Positions 1 through 9,823 are shown, counted from the stretch's first letter. The stretch is DNA of 64,000 bases from Alkalispirochaeta sp. (GCA_965601925.1 OZ271854.1:3616001-3680000); one strand, 5' to 3'. Notes: generated by a model from the letters alone, not told the origin. Made by a program: numbers and translations.

Positions 1-726
1 TTGAGCCACGAGATCGTGAAGCGCATCGGAGCGTACGAACTCGACGAGGGCAGCTTCCACGCCAAGTTTACCGGCAGCGCCGGCCAGAGTTTCGGCGCGT
101 GGCTCGCGCGAGGGGTGACGCTGGAGCTCGAAGGGGACGCCAACGACTACGTCGGAAAGGGGCTTTCCGGCGGTCGTCTCGTCATCTATCCGCCCCGGGC
201 GTCTACCTTTCGAGCCGACGAAAACATCATCATCGGGAACGTCGCGTTCTACGGAGCCACCGGCGGGAGCGCCTTCATTCGTGGAGTTGCCGCCGAGCGC
301 TTCTGCGTCCGGAACTCCGGCGCCGATGTGGTGATCGAGGGAGTCGGCGACCACGGGCTCGAGTACATGACCGGCGGACGGGCCGTTATCCTGGGATCGG
401 TGGGACGAAACTTTGCCGCCGGTATGAGCGGCGGCGTCGCCTACGTGTGGGATAAGCGCGGCGTGCTCGAGGAGTACACCAATATGGGCATGGTGGAACT
501 CCTGGAGCTGGAACCGGACGACGAAGTGACGCTCCTGGCAATGCTTCGTGAGCACATGCGGCTCACCGACAGCGACGTCGCAAAGGAGGTCCTGGCACAT
601 TGGAGCACCGCACGTCCTCAGTTTGTACGGGTCATATCACCGGCGTATCGTCGTATTTTGGAGCTACAGAGGGAGCGCGACGAGCTCGCCTCCACGCAAC
701 GCGATCAGGAGGTGGTGCATGGGTAA
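1..726 (+). CDS. gltB: Glutamate synthase large subunit, C-terminal GXGXG domain (partial, runs in from the left edge)
   Basis: [34 protein letters not shown] [21 protein letters not shown] motifs; followed by gltD. Confidence 0.97.
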   Translation: MSHEIVKRIGAYELDEGSFHAKFTGSAGQSFGAWLARGVTLELEGDANDYVGKGLSGGRLVIYPPRASTFRADENIIIGNVAFYGATGGSAFIRGVAAERFCVRNSGADVVIEGVGDHGLEYMTGGRAVILGSVGRNFAAGMSGGVAYVWDKRGVLEEYTNMGMVELLELEPDDEVTLLAMLREHMRLTDSDVAKEVLAHWSTARPQFVRVISPAYRRILELQRERDELASTQRDQEVVHG

Positions 727-2182
727 GCCGACCGGGTTCATGGAGTATCAACGTCAAACGTCATCACACGTAGATTCGACCGTACGCATTCAAGACTTCA
801 ACGAGTTCAAACAAGAGCTCGACGACAAGGAGCGGCAGATACAGGGTGCGCGGTGCATGGACTGCGGCATTCCCTTCTGCCAGTCGAACTTCGGATGTCC
901 GGTGGACAACCTCATCCCGGAGTGGAACGACCTCATTTACCATGGACGGTGGGAAGAGGCGTTTTATCGCCTCATGAAGACCAACAATTTTCCGGAGTAT
1001 ACCGGTCGTGTCTGTCCGGCGCCGTGCGAGCACGCCTGCGTCCTGGGCATTAACGAACCGGCGGTAACGATCAAGGAAAACGAGGCGGCTATTATCGATC
1101 GCGCCTACGAGTCGGGACTCATGGAGCCGCGAGTACCGGCAATGCGCACCGGGAAGACCATCGCCGTCGTCGGGAGCGGACCGGCGGGCTTGGCTGCGGC
1201 GGACCAACTCAATCAGGCCGGACACACCGTGACCGTATACGAGCGCCAGGATCGCATCGGCGGCCTTTTGATGTACGGGATACCCAATATGAAGCTCGAC
1301 AAAGGCCTCGTAGAAAAGCGCAACGGAATCATGGCCGCCGAGGGGATTAGTTTTCGCACCAACGTCGACGTCGGCCGCGATATCGGTGCGGGGGCGCTCA
1401 TAGACTCCCACGACGCGGTGGTCCTCGCCGTCGGGGCGACCAAGCCGCGGGATCTCCCGGCACCCGGGCGCAATCTTGCGGGAATCCACTTTGCCATGGA
1501 GTTTCTCAAGGCAAATACGAAAAGTCTTCTCGACTCCTCCTTTGCCGACCGACAGTTCATCTCCGCCGAGGGCAAGAACGTCATCGTCATCGGCGGCGGC
1601 GATACCGGAAACGACTGTCTCGGTACCTCGATGCGCCACGGGTGCAAGAGCCTCGTGAACTTCGAGTTGATGCCGAAGCCGCCGGCCGAGCGCACCGACG
1701 AGATGCCGTGGCCCACCTTTGCCCGCACCTTCAAGAGCGATTACGGCCACGAGGAGGCGGAAAGTGTCTTCGGCCGCGATCCGCGCGAGTACTCGATCCT
1801 TACCAAGGAGTTCATCGGCGACGACGACGGTAACGTGCGCGCCGTGCGTACCGTACGCGTGCAGTGGATCAAGGAGCCGGGAAGCCGACCTCGGTTCGAA
1901 GAGATTCCCGGAACGGAGGAGGAGTGGCCGGCGGACCTGGTGCTCCTGGCGATGGGATTTCTGGGTCCCGAGGACTACATCGCCGAAGAGCTTGGTATGG
2001 AGCGCGACGAGCGGAGCAACTTCAAGGCCGAGTACGAGCGTTTCGTCACCTCGATTCCCGGAGTGTTTGCGACCGGCGACGCCCGCAGGGGTCAAAGCCT
2101 CGTCGTATGGGCCATCAAGGAGGGGCGCGGCGCGGCGCGGGAGGTCGATCGCTACCTGATGGGGCGTACGACCCTCGAGTAG
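719..2182 (+). CDS. gltD: Glutamate synthase small subunit
   Basis: [10 protein letters not shown] start (ATG 719, SD CAGGAGG); [45 protein letters not shown]; overlaps gltB stop. Confidence 0.97.
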   Translation: MGKPTGFMEYQRQTSSHVDSTVRIQDFNEFKQELDDKERQIQGARCMDCGIPFCQSNFGCPVDNLIPEWNDLIYHGRWEEAFYRLMKTNNFPEYTGRVCPAPCEHACVLGINEPAVTIKENEAAIIDRAYESGLMEPRVPAMRTGKTIAVVGSGPAGLAAADQLNQAGHTVTVYERQDRIGGLLMYGIPNMKLDKGLVEKRNGIMAAEGISFRTNVDVGRDIGAGALIDSHDAVVLAVGATKPRDLPAPGRNLAGIHFAMEFLKANTKSLLDSSFADRQFISAEGKNVIVIGGGDTGNDCLGTSMRHGCKSLVNFELMPKPPAERTDEMPWPTFARTFKSDYGHEEAESVFGRDPREYSILTKEFIGDDDGNVRAVRTVRVQWIKEPGSRPRFEEIPGTEEEWPADLVLLAMGFLGPEDYIAEELGMERDERSNFKAEYERFVTSIPGVFATGDARRGQSLVVWAIKEGRGAAREVDRYLMGRTTLE

Positions 2183-2300
2183 CTCGTCGATGCACGTGCG
2201 GCGCCGGCCCTCGAAGGTGTGAAGCGGTATGTTGCGTCACACGGTGCCAAAGCGGTTAGGCATGCGGAAGCGAATGGACCTGTCCCGGCCCTTACGTAGG

Positions 2301-2714
2301 TTACGCACTACCGGCTAACCTCACATACCCGCGTACTTGCATGAAACCCAACACCGCTTCAACGGCGGCAAATACCAGGAGGAACGTCGTCACATTAAAG
2401 AATGCTACGTAGAAGACTATCAGCACGCAAATCAATATCCTGGTCACTCCGTCCCAGAACCCATACACCGGCTTGGGGTCATGTGCTCTCGCTATCGCCC
2501 ACACAGCCGTTATCACCGCCATCATGTTCACGAAGAACAACGCGAGCGTTGAGAAGGTTCCAACGTACCCCGGAAGGTTCAGCGCCGAGTCAACGTGCTC
2601 AATGAGTGACAATGTCCATCGAACAACACCGGGAAAGATGAACAGAAGCATCAATCCTGCATCGTAGTACCCCGTCGTGCGGACGAATCGTTCATACTTT
2701 ATTTTTGCCCTCAT
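2301..2714 (-). CDS. Small integral membrane protein (about 4 TM), unknown function
   Basis: 137 aa with four hydrophobic stretches; SD AAGGAGAGG upstream; divergent from XRE regulator. Confidence 0.75.
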   Translation of the reverse strand: MRAKIKYERFVRTTGYYDAGLMLLFIFPGVVRWTLSLIEHVDSALNLPGYVGTFSTLALFFVNMMAVITAVWAIARAHDPKPVYGFWDGVTRILICVLIVFYVAFFNVTTFLLVFAAVEAVLGFMQVRGYVRLAGSA

Positions 2715-2775
2715 GGCGACACCTCTCCTTGCGATGTAGTAGATGCGAGGATCGCACCGGTCACCAATCCGAGCA

Positions 2776-2792
2776 ATTACCTGCGAGGTAAT
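2776..2792. promoter_or_regulatory. Palindromic operator ATTACCT-gcg-AGGTAAT
   Basis: Perfect 7-bp inverted repeat in the divergent intergenic region next to the XRE/MmyB regulator. Confidence 0.65.
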
Positions 2793-2830
2793 GTCGTTAT
2801 CGCGGTAGCGGAATTATATTCCGACGTGGA

Positions 2831-3685
2831 ATGACAGCTCGCTTTGAGCACTTGGATGGTCACAACAAAAAGAACTCCACCTCGCGATACGCGACCGGCC
2901 TGCCTATGCAGTTACGCTACTGGCGGCACCTCAGAGGATTCAGCCAGCTTGAGCTTGCGCTGGAAGCGGGTCTTTCGGCGCGGCATGTTAGTTTTCTCGA
3001 GACGGGGCGCTCGAAGGCGTCGGACGATACGATAGCTCGACTATCGACGGCACTACGGCTTTCGTATGCAGATGCTATGTCGCTTAGAAGAGCCAACGCC
3101 GGCTTGCGAAGCATCCCGCATCACCCAGATCCTCAAACCCGAGCAACCCTAAACCGGATGGTGGAAGCGCATGCACCGTATCCCGCACTGATCGTGGACT
3201 CCATTGGAACCATCCATGGCGCGAATGACGCGATGCGGCTGTTGATAGCATCTCTGCCTACGGGAATGGAATCGTCGAACCTCTTTGAGCTGTATTTCTC
3301 CCCCTACGGGTTTCGGACGATCGTGGACGACGCGGAGCATGTGGCCCGGATGCTCTTTTCGCAGATTCGACGTGACCTTCTCGCGGTAAATCGACCGGAG
3401 GCGATGTGTGTCCTCGAATATCTGACCCGTTTGGCTCCGGATCTTGCGAGTCTCGAGCCGTCTTCGATGAAGAACGAGTCGCGCCCCGGCGTTGAGTCGG
3501 TCGTACATGTGGGAGGTACACGTTTGCACCTATCCTCGATGTTTGCGTCGTTCGGATCCGAGGACGCTGGGAATCAATCCGACTGGCGCGTTGAGACCGT
3601 GTTTCCCTTAAACGACGAGACCGCGGAGTTTTTCACCGCGCCGTCGCGTCGCTCCATACGCCCGACTCGGTACCGCACGTCTTGA
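2831..3685 (+). CDS. XRE-family HTH regulator with MmyB-like PAS ligand-binding domain
   Basis: LRYWRHLRGFSQLELALEAGLSARHVSFLETGRS HTH; HAPYPALIVD and RVETVFP MmyB-like motifs. Confidence 0.9.
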   Translation: MTARFEHLDGHNKKNSTSRYATGLPMQLRYWRHLRGFSQLELALEAGLSARHVSFLETGRSKASDDTIARLSTALRLSYADAMSLRRANAGLRSIPHHPDPQTRATLNRMVEAHAPYPALIVDSIGTIHGANDAMRLLIASLPTGMESSNLFELYFSPYGFRTIVDDAEHVARMLFSQIRRDLLAVNRPEAMCVLEYLTRLAPDLASLEPSSMKNESRPGVESVVHVGGTRLHLSSMFASFGSEDAGNQSDWRVETVFPLNDETAEFFTAPSRRSIRPTRYRTS

Positions 3686-3792
3686 TAGTTTTTCTCACGC
3701 AAAGACGGCCTATCGTCCCAAATCTCCCAGGTCTCGTTGTTCACCGAGGGCACGAATGAATCATCGGCGCAAGCGAACCGCGTCACGACGGT

Positions 3793-4131
3793 TCATGTGC
3801 CCAAAAAGTCGTCACGAACCGGCGAGAACGTATCGACCAGGCGCACGTGCGCACTGAGCAGTTGCACCGCGTGAGGCACATTCGGCGGCACGGTCACCAT
3901 GTCGCCGGCGGTAAGCTTGTGCGGCCGGCCGTCTAAAAAGAAGTTGATCTCGCCCTGTGCCACGTAGGTGATCTGTTCATGGACGTGGTGGTGCGGTGGG
4001 TCGGAGTGCTCGGTGGGTCCGTCGGTAAAGTCGATCACCGCCATCATCAAGTGTTCGGTGTGACTCAGATAGCGTTCGCGCTTTTCGGCTATCTGCGTTT
4101 TGGGTGTTTGCTGTTCTCGTACTATCGCCAT
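3793..4131 (-). CDS. Cupin protein, KdgF-like (pectin/uronate catabolism)
   Basis: PPHHHVHEQITYV, VPPNVPHAV, DTFSPVRDDFL; ATG 4131 with SD AAGGAG; downstream of kduI/kduD. Confidence 0.8.
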   Translation of the reverse strand: MAIVREQQTPKTQIAEKRERYLSHTEHLMMAVIDFTDGPTEHSDPPHHHVHEQITYVAQGEINFFLDGRPHKLTAGDMVTVPPNVPHAVQLLSAHVRLVDTFSPVRDDFLGT

Positions 4132-4163
4132 TGTTTGCTCCTTTCGCATATCGAACGATCGGT

Positions 4164-4412
4164 TCAGCGCGCCAGTCGGCCGCCGTCGACGGGGACTACC
4201 GCGCCGTGCATGTGTTCTGAGGCGGACGAAGCCAAGGGCAGCGCCGTACCCTGCAAATCACCCGGCTCGCCCCACGCCCCGGCAGGTATGCGGGCGACGA
4301 TCGCCGCGCCCGCCTCCGCCAAACCCGCGGCGATCGCTTGGCCCAGTCCGCGGTTGGCGCCGGTTACGAGCGCAACCTTTCCATCCAGCCGAAACCGATC
4401 GAGAATACCCAC
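4164..4412 (-). pseudogene. kduD: KduD-like SDR with a large in-frame internal deletion
   Basis: Only 82 aa: N-terminal GKVALVTGANRGLG fused to C-terminal RIPAGAWGEPGDLQG...VDGG; YxxxK catalytic core absent. Confidence 0.88.
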
Positions 4413-4423
4413 CGGTCACCGCC

Positions 4424-5257
4424 TTACCGCAGGTCGGCCATCGGTACGGCGTCCATATCGGTAAACGCCTGGTTCTCGCCGGCCATCGCCCACACAAAGG
4501 CGTAGTTGCCGGTGCCCATGCCGGCGTGGATCGACCAACTGGGCGAGATGACCGCTTGCCTGTCGCGCATCACCAGGTGACGCGTCTGGCTCGGCTCGCC
4601 CATCAGATGAAACACCACGTTGTCGTCGGCGATGTCGAAATAGAGGTACGCCTCCATGCGCCGCGCATGCTTGTGTGCTGGCATCGTGTTCCACATGTTG
4701 TTCGGTTGCAACAACGTCATGCCCATCACGATCTGCGAGCTCGGCACGCCGTCGGGGTGGATGTACTTGTAGATCGTACGCGTGTTACTGTGCGCGCTGT
4801 CGCCTAAATGGACCGGCTGTGCGTCGGCGAGTTTGATGTGCGCGGTTCGATGGTGCGCGTGAGACGGCGCGCTAAAAAGATAGAAACATGCGGAATCGGA
4901 CCGATCATCGCTGGTAAACTGTACCTCCCGCGCCCCCGTGCCGATGTAGAGTCCGTCTTGTTTGGCAAGGACGAATCGCCGGCCGTCCACTTCGATGCCG
5001 CCCGCGCCGCCGACGTTGATGATTCCCACCTCGCGACGTTCCAGAAAATAGTCGACGGCGAGTTCTTCGCGGTCTGCTTGCAGCGCCAACGGTTCGGCCA
5101 CCGGCGTTGCGCCTCCGATGATGACGCGGTCGATGTGACTGTACACCAACGCGAGTTTGCCCGGCACAAAAAGCTCGCCGACGTGAAAGTTGGCGTACAG
5201 TTCCTCGGTACTCATCGTCTTTACCGCTTCCGGATGCACCGGATACCGTGTCTCCAT
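4424..5257 (-). CDS. kduI: 5-dehydro-4-deoxy-D-glucuronate isomerase
   Basis: YSHIDR, YFLERREVGIINVGG, WNTMPAHKHARRMEAYLYF, SPSWSIHAG, MAGENQ; ATG 5257 with SD AGGGGG. Confidence 0.95.
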   Translation of the reverse strand: METRYPVHPEAVKTMSTEELYANFHVGELFVPGKLALVYSHIDRVIIGGATPVAEPLALQADREELAVDYFLERREVGIINVGGAGGIEVDGRRFVLAKQDGLYIGTGAREVQFTSDDRSDSACFYLFSAPSHAHHRTAHIKLADAQPVHLGDSAHSNTRTIYKYIHPDGVPSSQIVMGMTLLQPNNMWNTMPAHKHARRMEAYLYFDIADDNVVFHLMGEPSQTRHLVMRDRQAVISPSWSIHAGMGTGNYAFVWAMAGENQAFTDMDAVPMADLR

Positions 5258-5307
5258 CGCTTTACCCCCTGCTATCTGTCGCTCAGCCTCATGCAACGGC
5301 CGGCTCC

Positions 5308-5458
5308 TTAAAACTCTAAAAGATACCGTTGAACGCGTCCGTCGTAGTCCGAGACGTAGAGAATGCGACTGCCGTCCCAATCCCTGGTGGGGTGGCAGTG
5401 GTTGCAGTAGTACGGCATATCGACCTTTTTAATCAACGCTCCGGTGCGGTCGATCAGG
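5308..5458 (-). pseudogene. C-terminal remnant of an oligogalacturonate lyase (Ogl)-like beta-propeller
   Basis: HCHPTRDWDGSRILYVSDYDGRVQRYL resembles the Ogl/TolB-like C-terminus (HPHPSF.PD...LF.SD..G...LY); directly upstream of kduI; truncated at the IS481 end. Confidence 0.55.
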
Positions 5459-5799
5459 GAACCGTTCGGCGACATAGATAACAAGAAACTCTCGCAACAT
5501 CGGTAACACGAATTCTCAGGACATGGGTACCACTCTCCACGGGGAGGATAGCTCATTTCATGGAACGGAGTTACCGTGCACGAGCCGCGGCGAGTATGGC
5601 CGCGCAACAACGACGCGTTTACGCCTTTCAAGACGAGCTCAATCAGATTCGTCCTCACGAAGGCATTGTCACGGCGCGCCCCGCCGATCCGTACCGACAG
5701 TCACCGAGAAACACGCCGCATCGCCTTACGACCTATGACTATCCCTCGCACTACCTGATCCGTCGGGTCAGTCGTGCCGGGACCGTGTCGTGTGTGTAA
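5459..5799 (+). mobile_element. IS481-family remnant (left end plus internally deleted transposase)
   Basis: Three ACAT-x-G-x-TAACA-like repeats (5472, 5497, 5521); SD GGGGAGG; decayed start (I)SWNGVTVHE; C-terminal QQRR..F..ELNQIRPHE...YPSHYLIRRVSRAG. Confidence 0.7.
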
Positions 5800-5814
5800 C
5801 GGGTCTCACCGGAG

Positions 5815-6693
5815 TTAAGAAGAAGTCGGCCGAACATGTTGGAACGCACCAACGATGTGGTCCGACAAAGAGTCAATCACCGGACGTTCTTCGGTTTGGC
5901 TCCTGTGCAGGTATATATCGGCGTCAGGGAGCTTCGGAAAGTTCGCGTTGTTGGATATGATTTTGAAGCCCTCGGGAACGATGCTTTCACTCATGACTGA
6001 GATGGCCAATCCGGCCGATACGGCTGCGATATGACCCATGATGCTCTCGCTCGAGTACGCGATGCGATAGTCGGTACCGACCCTATCGAGTTCACGAGTT
6101 GCCCACACACGGAACAAGCAGTCTGAGGTCGGGAAAAGCGCCAACGGAACAGGTCGCAGTTCCTCAACGTGATGGTATGGGGAGGATACCCAAACAGACG
6201 GTTCATGTCGAAGCAACCGCGAATCCGGGAACTTTGGTTCCATAGTAGTCGTCAGTGCCAAATCGAGTTCTCCGGTTTCAATCAGGCGCACCAGCTGATA
6301 ACTCGACATAACCAACACCTCGACTTGGACGTTCGGGTAGATTCGCGAGAAACCGGCAAGAATGTCCGGAAGAAACCGTGTCGCGTAGTCGTCGGGTATT
6401 CCGACCTTGACGGAACCAGATAGGTCGGGGCGTGTTATCTGAGAAATCGCCTCGTCGTTCAGTCGAACGATTCGACGCGCATACGCTGTCATCGTCTCTC
6501 CCTCCTGAGTAAGGACGGATCCCCGGCCCTCACGAGAGAACAACGGTTTCCCCAGGATTTCCTCGAGCCGTTTTATTTGCATGCTAACCGCAGACTGCGT
6601 TCGATTCACCTGTTCCGCCGCACGGCTGAAGCTACCGCTATCGACGATCTGAAGGAACGTATTCAACATGTCAATTGGCAGGGGCGTCTTCAT
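5815..6693 (-). CDS. LysR-family regulator (LrhA/HexA-like)
   Basis: GSFSRAAEQVNRTQSAVSMQIKRLEE HTH; VKVGIPDDYA; ATG 6693 with SD GAGGAG. Confidence 0.93.
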   Translation of the reverse strand: MKTPLPIDMLNTFLQIVDSGSFSRAAEQVNRTQSAVSMQIKRLEEILGKPLFSREGRGSVLTQEGETMTAYARRIVRLNDEAISQITRPDLSGSVKVGIPDDYATRFLPDILAGFSRIYPNVQVEVLVMSSYQLVRLIETGELDLALTTTMEPKFPDSRLLRHEPSVWVSSPYHHVEELRPVPLALFPTSDCLFRVWATRELDRVGTDYRIAYSSESIMGHIAAVSAGLAISVMSESIVPEGFKIISNNANFPKLPDADIYLHRSQTEERPVIDSLSDHIVGAFQHVRPTSS

Positions 6694-6703
6694 CGGCTCC
6701 TCG

Positions 6704-6728
6704 TTTATATCAAATATTATGATATAAA
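6704..6728. promoter_or_regulatory. LysR-type operator TTTATATCA-N7-TGATATAAA
   Basis: Perfect 9-bp inverted repeat containing T-N11-A, in AT-rich divergent intergenic region. Confidence 0.7.
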
Positions 6729-6816
6729 TCATACAAATAATTCGTTTGATTGAATAGTCTTGGTTGAGGATATTCGTTGTAGCGACTGAGTTCCGAAGAT
6801 GACAAGGAGTTGAACA

Positions 6817-7071
6817 ATGGATATCAAAGCATTCCAACCGTTGGGACAACGTGCCGACTACCAACCCAACAGAGTGTTATTCACGAAGATACTCCGGTCC
6901 CTTTCCGAAAAGATCAAAGAATCTCGGCTTAGGAGTCGCAACTTGCAAGTACTGCGCGAATTGCCCGACTACCTATTGGGGGATATAGGTTTGAGTCGAG
7001 TTGACTTGGAACGGATCACGACAGATTCGTTTCTTAGGGATCCTACATTGATAGACAGATGGAAGGAGTAG
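6817..7071 (+). CDS. DUF1127 (YjiS-like) small protein
   Basis: RSRNLQVLRELPDYLLGDIGLSRVD matches the L..L.D..L.DIGLSR signature; SD AAGGAG. Confidence 0.85.
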   Translation: MDIKAFQPLGQRADYQPNRVLFTKILRSLSEKIKESRLRSRNLQVLRELPDYLLGDIGLSRVDLERITTDSFLRDPTLIDRWKE

Positions 7072-7370
7072 GCGCCGAATCAACGGGTGGTTTTATCGGC
7101 CGTCGACTCAATGAGGCGGTCAAGGGTACCGGCTACATAACATTTTCGGTTCATAGCGACCGTTCTTTTGGGACGTCGATTGTAGGAAGCATGGGGGAGA
7201 CCGGGTCGAGAAGGGCAGAGCGGGTGCCGCAATCGCCGCGCTACTCCCACCGCCGCGGCCGCGGCTCCGGGCCGGAGCCGCGCTGCCGCCGCATGGCGTA
7301 CATAGGACGAGATCTTCCCATTGAGAAGGCCCGTTTCTTACGCTACGGCCGGATCGCTTCGCCCTGTCGG

Positions 7371-7772
7371 TCAAGTCGACGAGTCCTCCCGCTCCCATGT
7401 ATCGGACACCACTTTGCCCTTCCGGTAGTCATCCACAACCAGAATCAACTGATTGTCATGATCGCTGTACTGAACCTCGATCGTGACGCCCGCATTGGCG
7501 ATGCGACGGGTAAATGCCCCCAGTTGACCAGGGGTTCCTTGTCGAAGCCGCTGGACAAGCACCTTACGCACCGCGGTTACCCGTATTCCCGCTTCGCTCA
7601 ATGCCCTCTGGGCAGCCGCACCATCTTTGAACAAGAAGTTGGCGTACCCGATCCCGTCGTGGACGAACACACCGCCACCCTCTATTCCGATTCCGTTTTC
7701 TCCGAGAACCTCTCCCATGCGCGCCAACGTACCCGGTTGGTGCGGAAGCTCTATCGAAACATTGTCCATCAT
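7371..7772 (-). CDS. Tandem ACT-domain protein
   Basis: LPHQPGTLARMGEVLGENGIGIE and QGTPGQLG...AGVTIEVQYSDH ACT repeats. Confidence 0.85.
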   Translation of the reverse strand: MMDNVSIELPHQPGTLARMGEVLGENGIGIEGGGVFVHDGIGYANFLFKDGAAAQRALSEAGIRVTAVRKVLVQRLRQGTPGQLGAFTRRIANAGVTIEVQYSDHDNQLILVVDDYRKGKVVSDTWEREDSST

Positions 7773-8264
7773 CTACCTCCTTCCTTTGTCACTTGAGTTA
7801 ACTACCAAGATCTCCGGCTCAAATCGCACGGGAAAGTTCACCGATCGGGCGATGAAGCAATGCGCGTGCGCGGTCTCGTGGAGCGCTTGCGCTTGTTCAA
7901 GGCGAGAGCCATCGGCGATGTAAACGACGGGGCGAAGTACGGCGTGATCGAATGCACCGCTTCCGGCGTCGAGCGTCAGCAGCGCCGAACTCCGGTCTTC
8001 GTACCTTTCCACGCGGACTCCTGCTTTTGCGCAGAGCGCCAAGTAGAACAGCATGTGACACGCCGAGAGCGCGGAAAGCAGCATCTCTTCCGGATTCACC
8101 AACGACGCGTCTCCTAAGAAGTGTGGGTCCGCGGATCCCGTGACCGCCGGTTTCCCCGGCATTACGACGCGGTACTCCCGCCGGTACGAGCGGTAGTCGG
8201 CAGTGCCCGATCCGCTGTTTCCGGTCCACTGCAGGTGCGCGGCGTACTCATGCGCGTTCGCCAT
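7773..8264 (-). CDS. OsmC/Ohr-family protein
   Basis: NPEEMLLSALSACHML and AHAHCFIARSV two-Cys motifs; SD AGAGGAGG. Confidence 0.92.
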   Translation of the reverse strand: MANAHEYAAHLQWTGNSGSGTADYRSYRREYRVVMPGKPAVTGSADPHFLGDASLVNPEEMLLSALSACHMLFYLALCAKAGVRVERYEDRSSALLTLDAGSGAFDHAVLRPVVYIADGSRLEQAQALHETAHAHCFIARSVNFPVRFEPEILVVNSSDKGRR

Positions 8265-8354
8265 ACAATCCTCCTCTTTGAGTCGTTTTTATGTGGTCGG
8301 TTCAGCAGTGCGACCGACTCTGACCGCACTATAGGGGTTGGAACGGGAGCACGC

Positions 8355-8370
8355 TTTGATTACCATCAAA
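8355..8370. promoter_or_regulatory. Operator TTTGAT-N4-ATCAAA overlapping a TACCAT -10 box
   Basis: 6-bp inverted repeat immediately before the ArsR start codon. Confidence 0.5.
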
Positions 8371-8372
8371 AT

Positions 8373-9050
8373 ATGGATGTACGGGAGCGCATGGCACAGG
8401 TGGCGGGCCTCATCTCCGAAACGACGCGGTCGCGGTTACTGTCGACTATGATGGATGGCCGCGCGCATACTGCTACCGAGCTCGCGATCGATGGTGAGGT
8501 GATGCCGGCAACCGCCAGCTTCCACCTCTCCAAGTTGGTGGCCGGCGGATTGGTGGAGGTCGCTCGGCAGGGGCGCCACCGCTACTACCGCATTCGCGAT
8601 CACGAGGTCGCCGCGGCGATCGAAACGATTATGGGAGTGGCGGGGGCGGACACCGGCGGCGAAGCGCAGTCACGCATCGAACACGAACTCCGTCAAGCTC
8701 GCACCTGCTACGATCATCTGGCGGGCGAGTACGCGGTCAGGTTTTACGACGCCCTGGTAAATCGCGGCGTACTCGTCGGCTCCGGACGAGAGGTCGCGGT
8801 AACGCCGGAAGGCGACAGGTGGTTCTCGGGTATCGGTATATCGGTAGAGCGACTGCGCAAAACAAGACGCGCGCTCTGCCGTGGTTGCCTCGATTGGAGC
8901 GAGCGTCGCTTTCACCTCGCCGGAGCTATCGGAGCCGCGGTGATGGAGTACCTGCTTCAGAAGCAACTGGTCGTGCGCGAGCCGCACTCTCGACAGGTCG
9001 CCGTGTCCAGCCGAGGTATCGCGTTCCTAACCGATCTTGGGCTCCGGTGA
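8373..9050 (+). CDS. ArsR/SmtB-family regulator with Cys-rich C-terminal domain
   Basis: TASFHLSKL..GGLV...QGRHRYYR; ARTCYDHLAG; CLDWSERRFHLAG. Confidence 0.92.
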   Translation: MDVRERMAQVAGLISETTRSRLLSTMMDGRAHTATELAIDGEVMPATASFHLSKLVAGGLVEVARQGRHRYYRIRDHEVAAAIETIMGVAGADTGGEAQSRIEHELRQARTCYDHLAGEYAVRFYDALVNRGVLVGSGREVAVTPEGDRWFSGIGISVERLRKTRRALCRGCLDWSERRFHLAGAIGAAVMEYLLQKQLVVREPHSRQVAVSSRGIAFLTDLGLR

Positions 9051-9067
9051 AGCGATCTGCACGGTCG

Positions 9068-9823
9068 CTACTCCGATCGGCCCTCTATCCAGTCGATCAC
9101 CATCTCCGGTACGTGGTCGCGACTTGAACCATCGTTCCAATCTGGAAAGTCAAAAACGGCGATCATGATCTGCAAAGGATAGTCGGGCGCCTGTAAGGAC
9201 TCCAATACGGGTCTATCATCAACGGAGAAGAGTGACCGACCGTCGCCCCACTCGACTGCGTACGTGTGAAACTCACCTATGTCGATGCCGATCCGGGGTG
9301 CGGCGAAATCCTGAGTGAGCCTTGGATCGAACAACTTCTTCACGCCGACTCCCACTTCCACCGACGTATCGTCGCGAACGCTCCGTCCGAAGATCTCGAC
9401 CACGCACAACTCGCCCGCGTCGTCGGGGTTCTGCTCGAAGCCACTGAGCCACAGGGCCGCCATAGATCGCGTAGAAAGCTCCATCTTGCACCGGATTGCC
9501 AACCGGCCGCCGGACTGCAACCAACCCTCAAAGTGGGGCTGGAACTCGCTGACCACCAGATCGTCCCGGAAGCGTTGCTGTCCGCGCGATGAACCAACCG
9601 GACCCGAATGATTCCCCGATTGGATGCCGGAAACGCGTATCGGTTCGGGGTGCAGATCGGGGCACCAGAGCCCCTTCTCGTTCGGTATGAAGAGCCGCAG
9701 TCCCTCGGCCGTCAGCTCATACTCTGCACGTGTGGCGTCGCGCGAACTCCAGGCCGGCAGGTAGTGGGGCAGCCACCGATTTCGGTCGAGCGAGCCGGAG
9801 GTGAACTCATCTTTCAGTTCCAC
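9068..9823 (-). CDS. GH16/ConA-like fold protein
   Basis: DEF....LDRNRW N-terminus, GELCVVEIFG, FHTYAVEW, FSVD, DYPLQIMI; probable GTG start 9823. Confidence 0.7.
   Translation of the reverse strand: MELKDEFTSGSLDRNRWLPHYLPAWSSRDATRAEYELTAEGLRLFIPNEKGLWCPDLHPEPIRVSGIQSGNHSGPVGSSRGQQRFRDDLVVSEFQPHFEGWLQSGGRLAIRCKMELSTRSMAALWLSGFEQNPDDAGELCVVEIFGRSVRDDTSVEVGVGVKKLFDPRLTQDFAAPRIGIDIGEFHTYAVEWGDGRSLFSVDDRPVLESLQAPDYPLQIMIAVFDFPDWNDGSSRDHVPEMVIDWIEGRSE

Noticed and set aside
5472..5532. Three spaced repeats as a mini CRISPR array
   Set aside because: Repeats 12 bp and degenerate, spacers about 12 bp, no cas genes; better explained as an IS481 end
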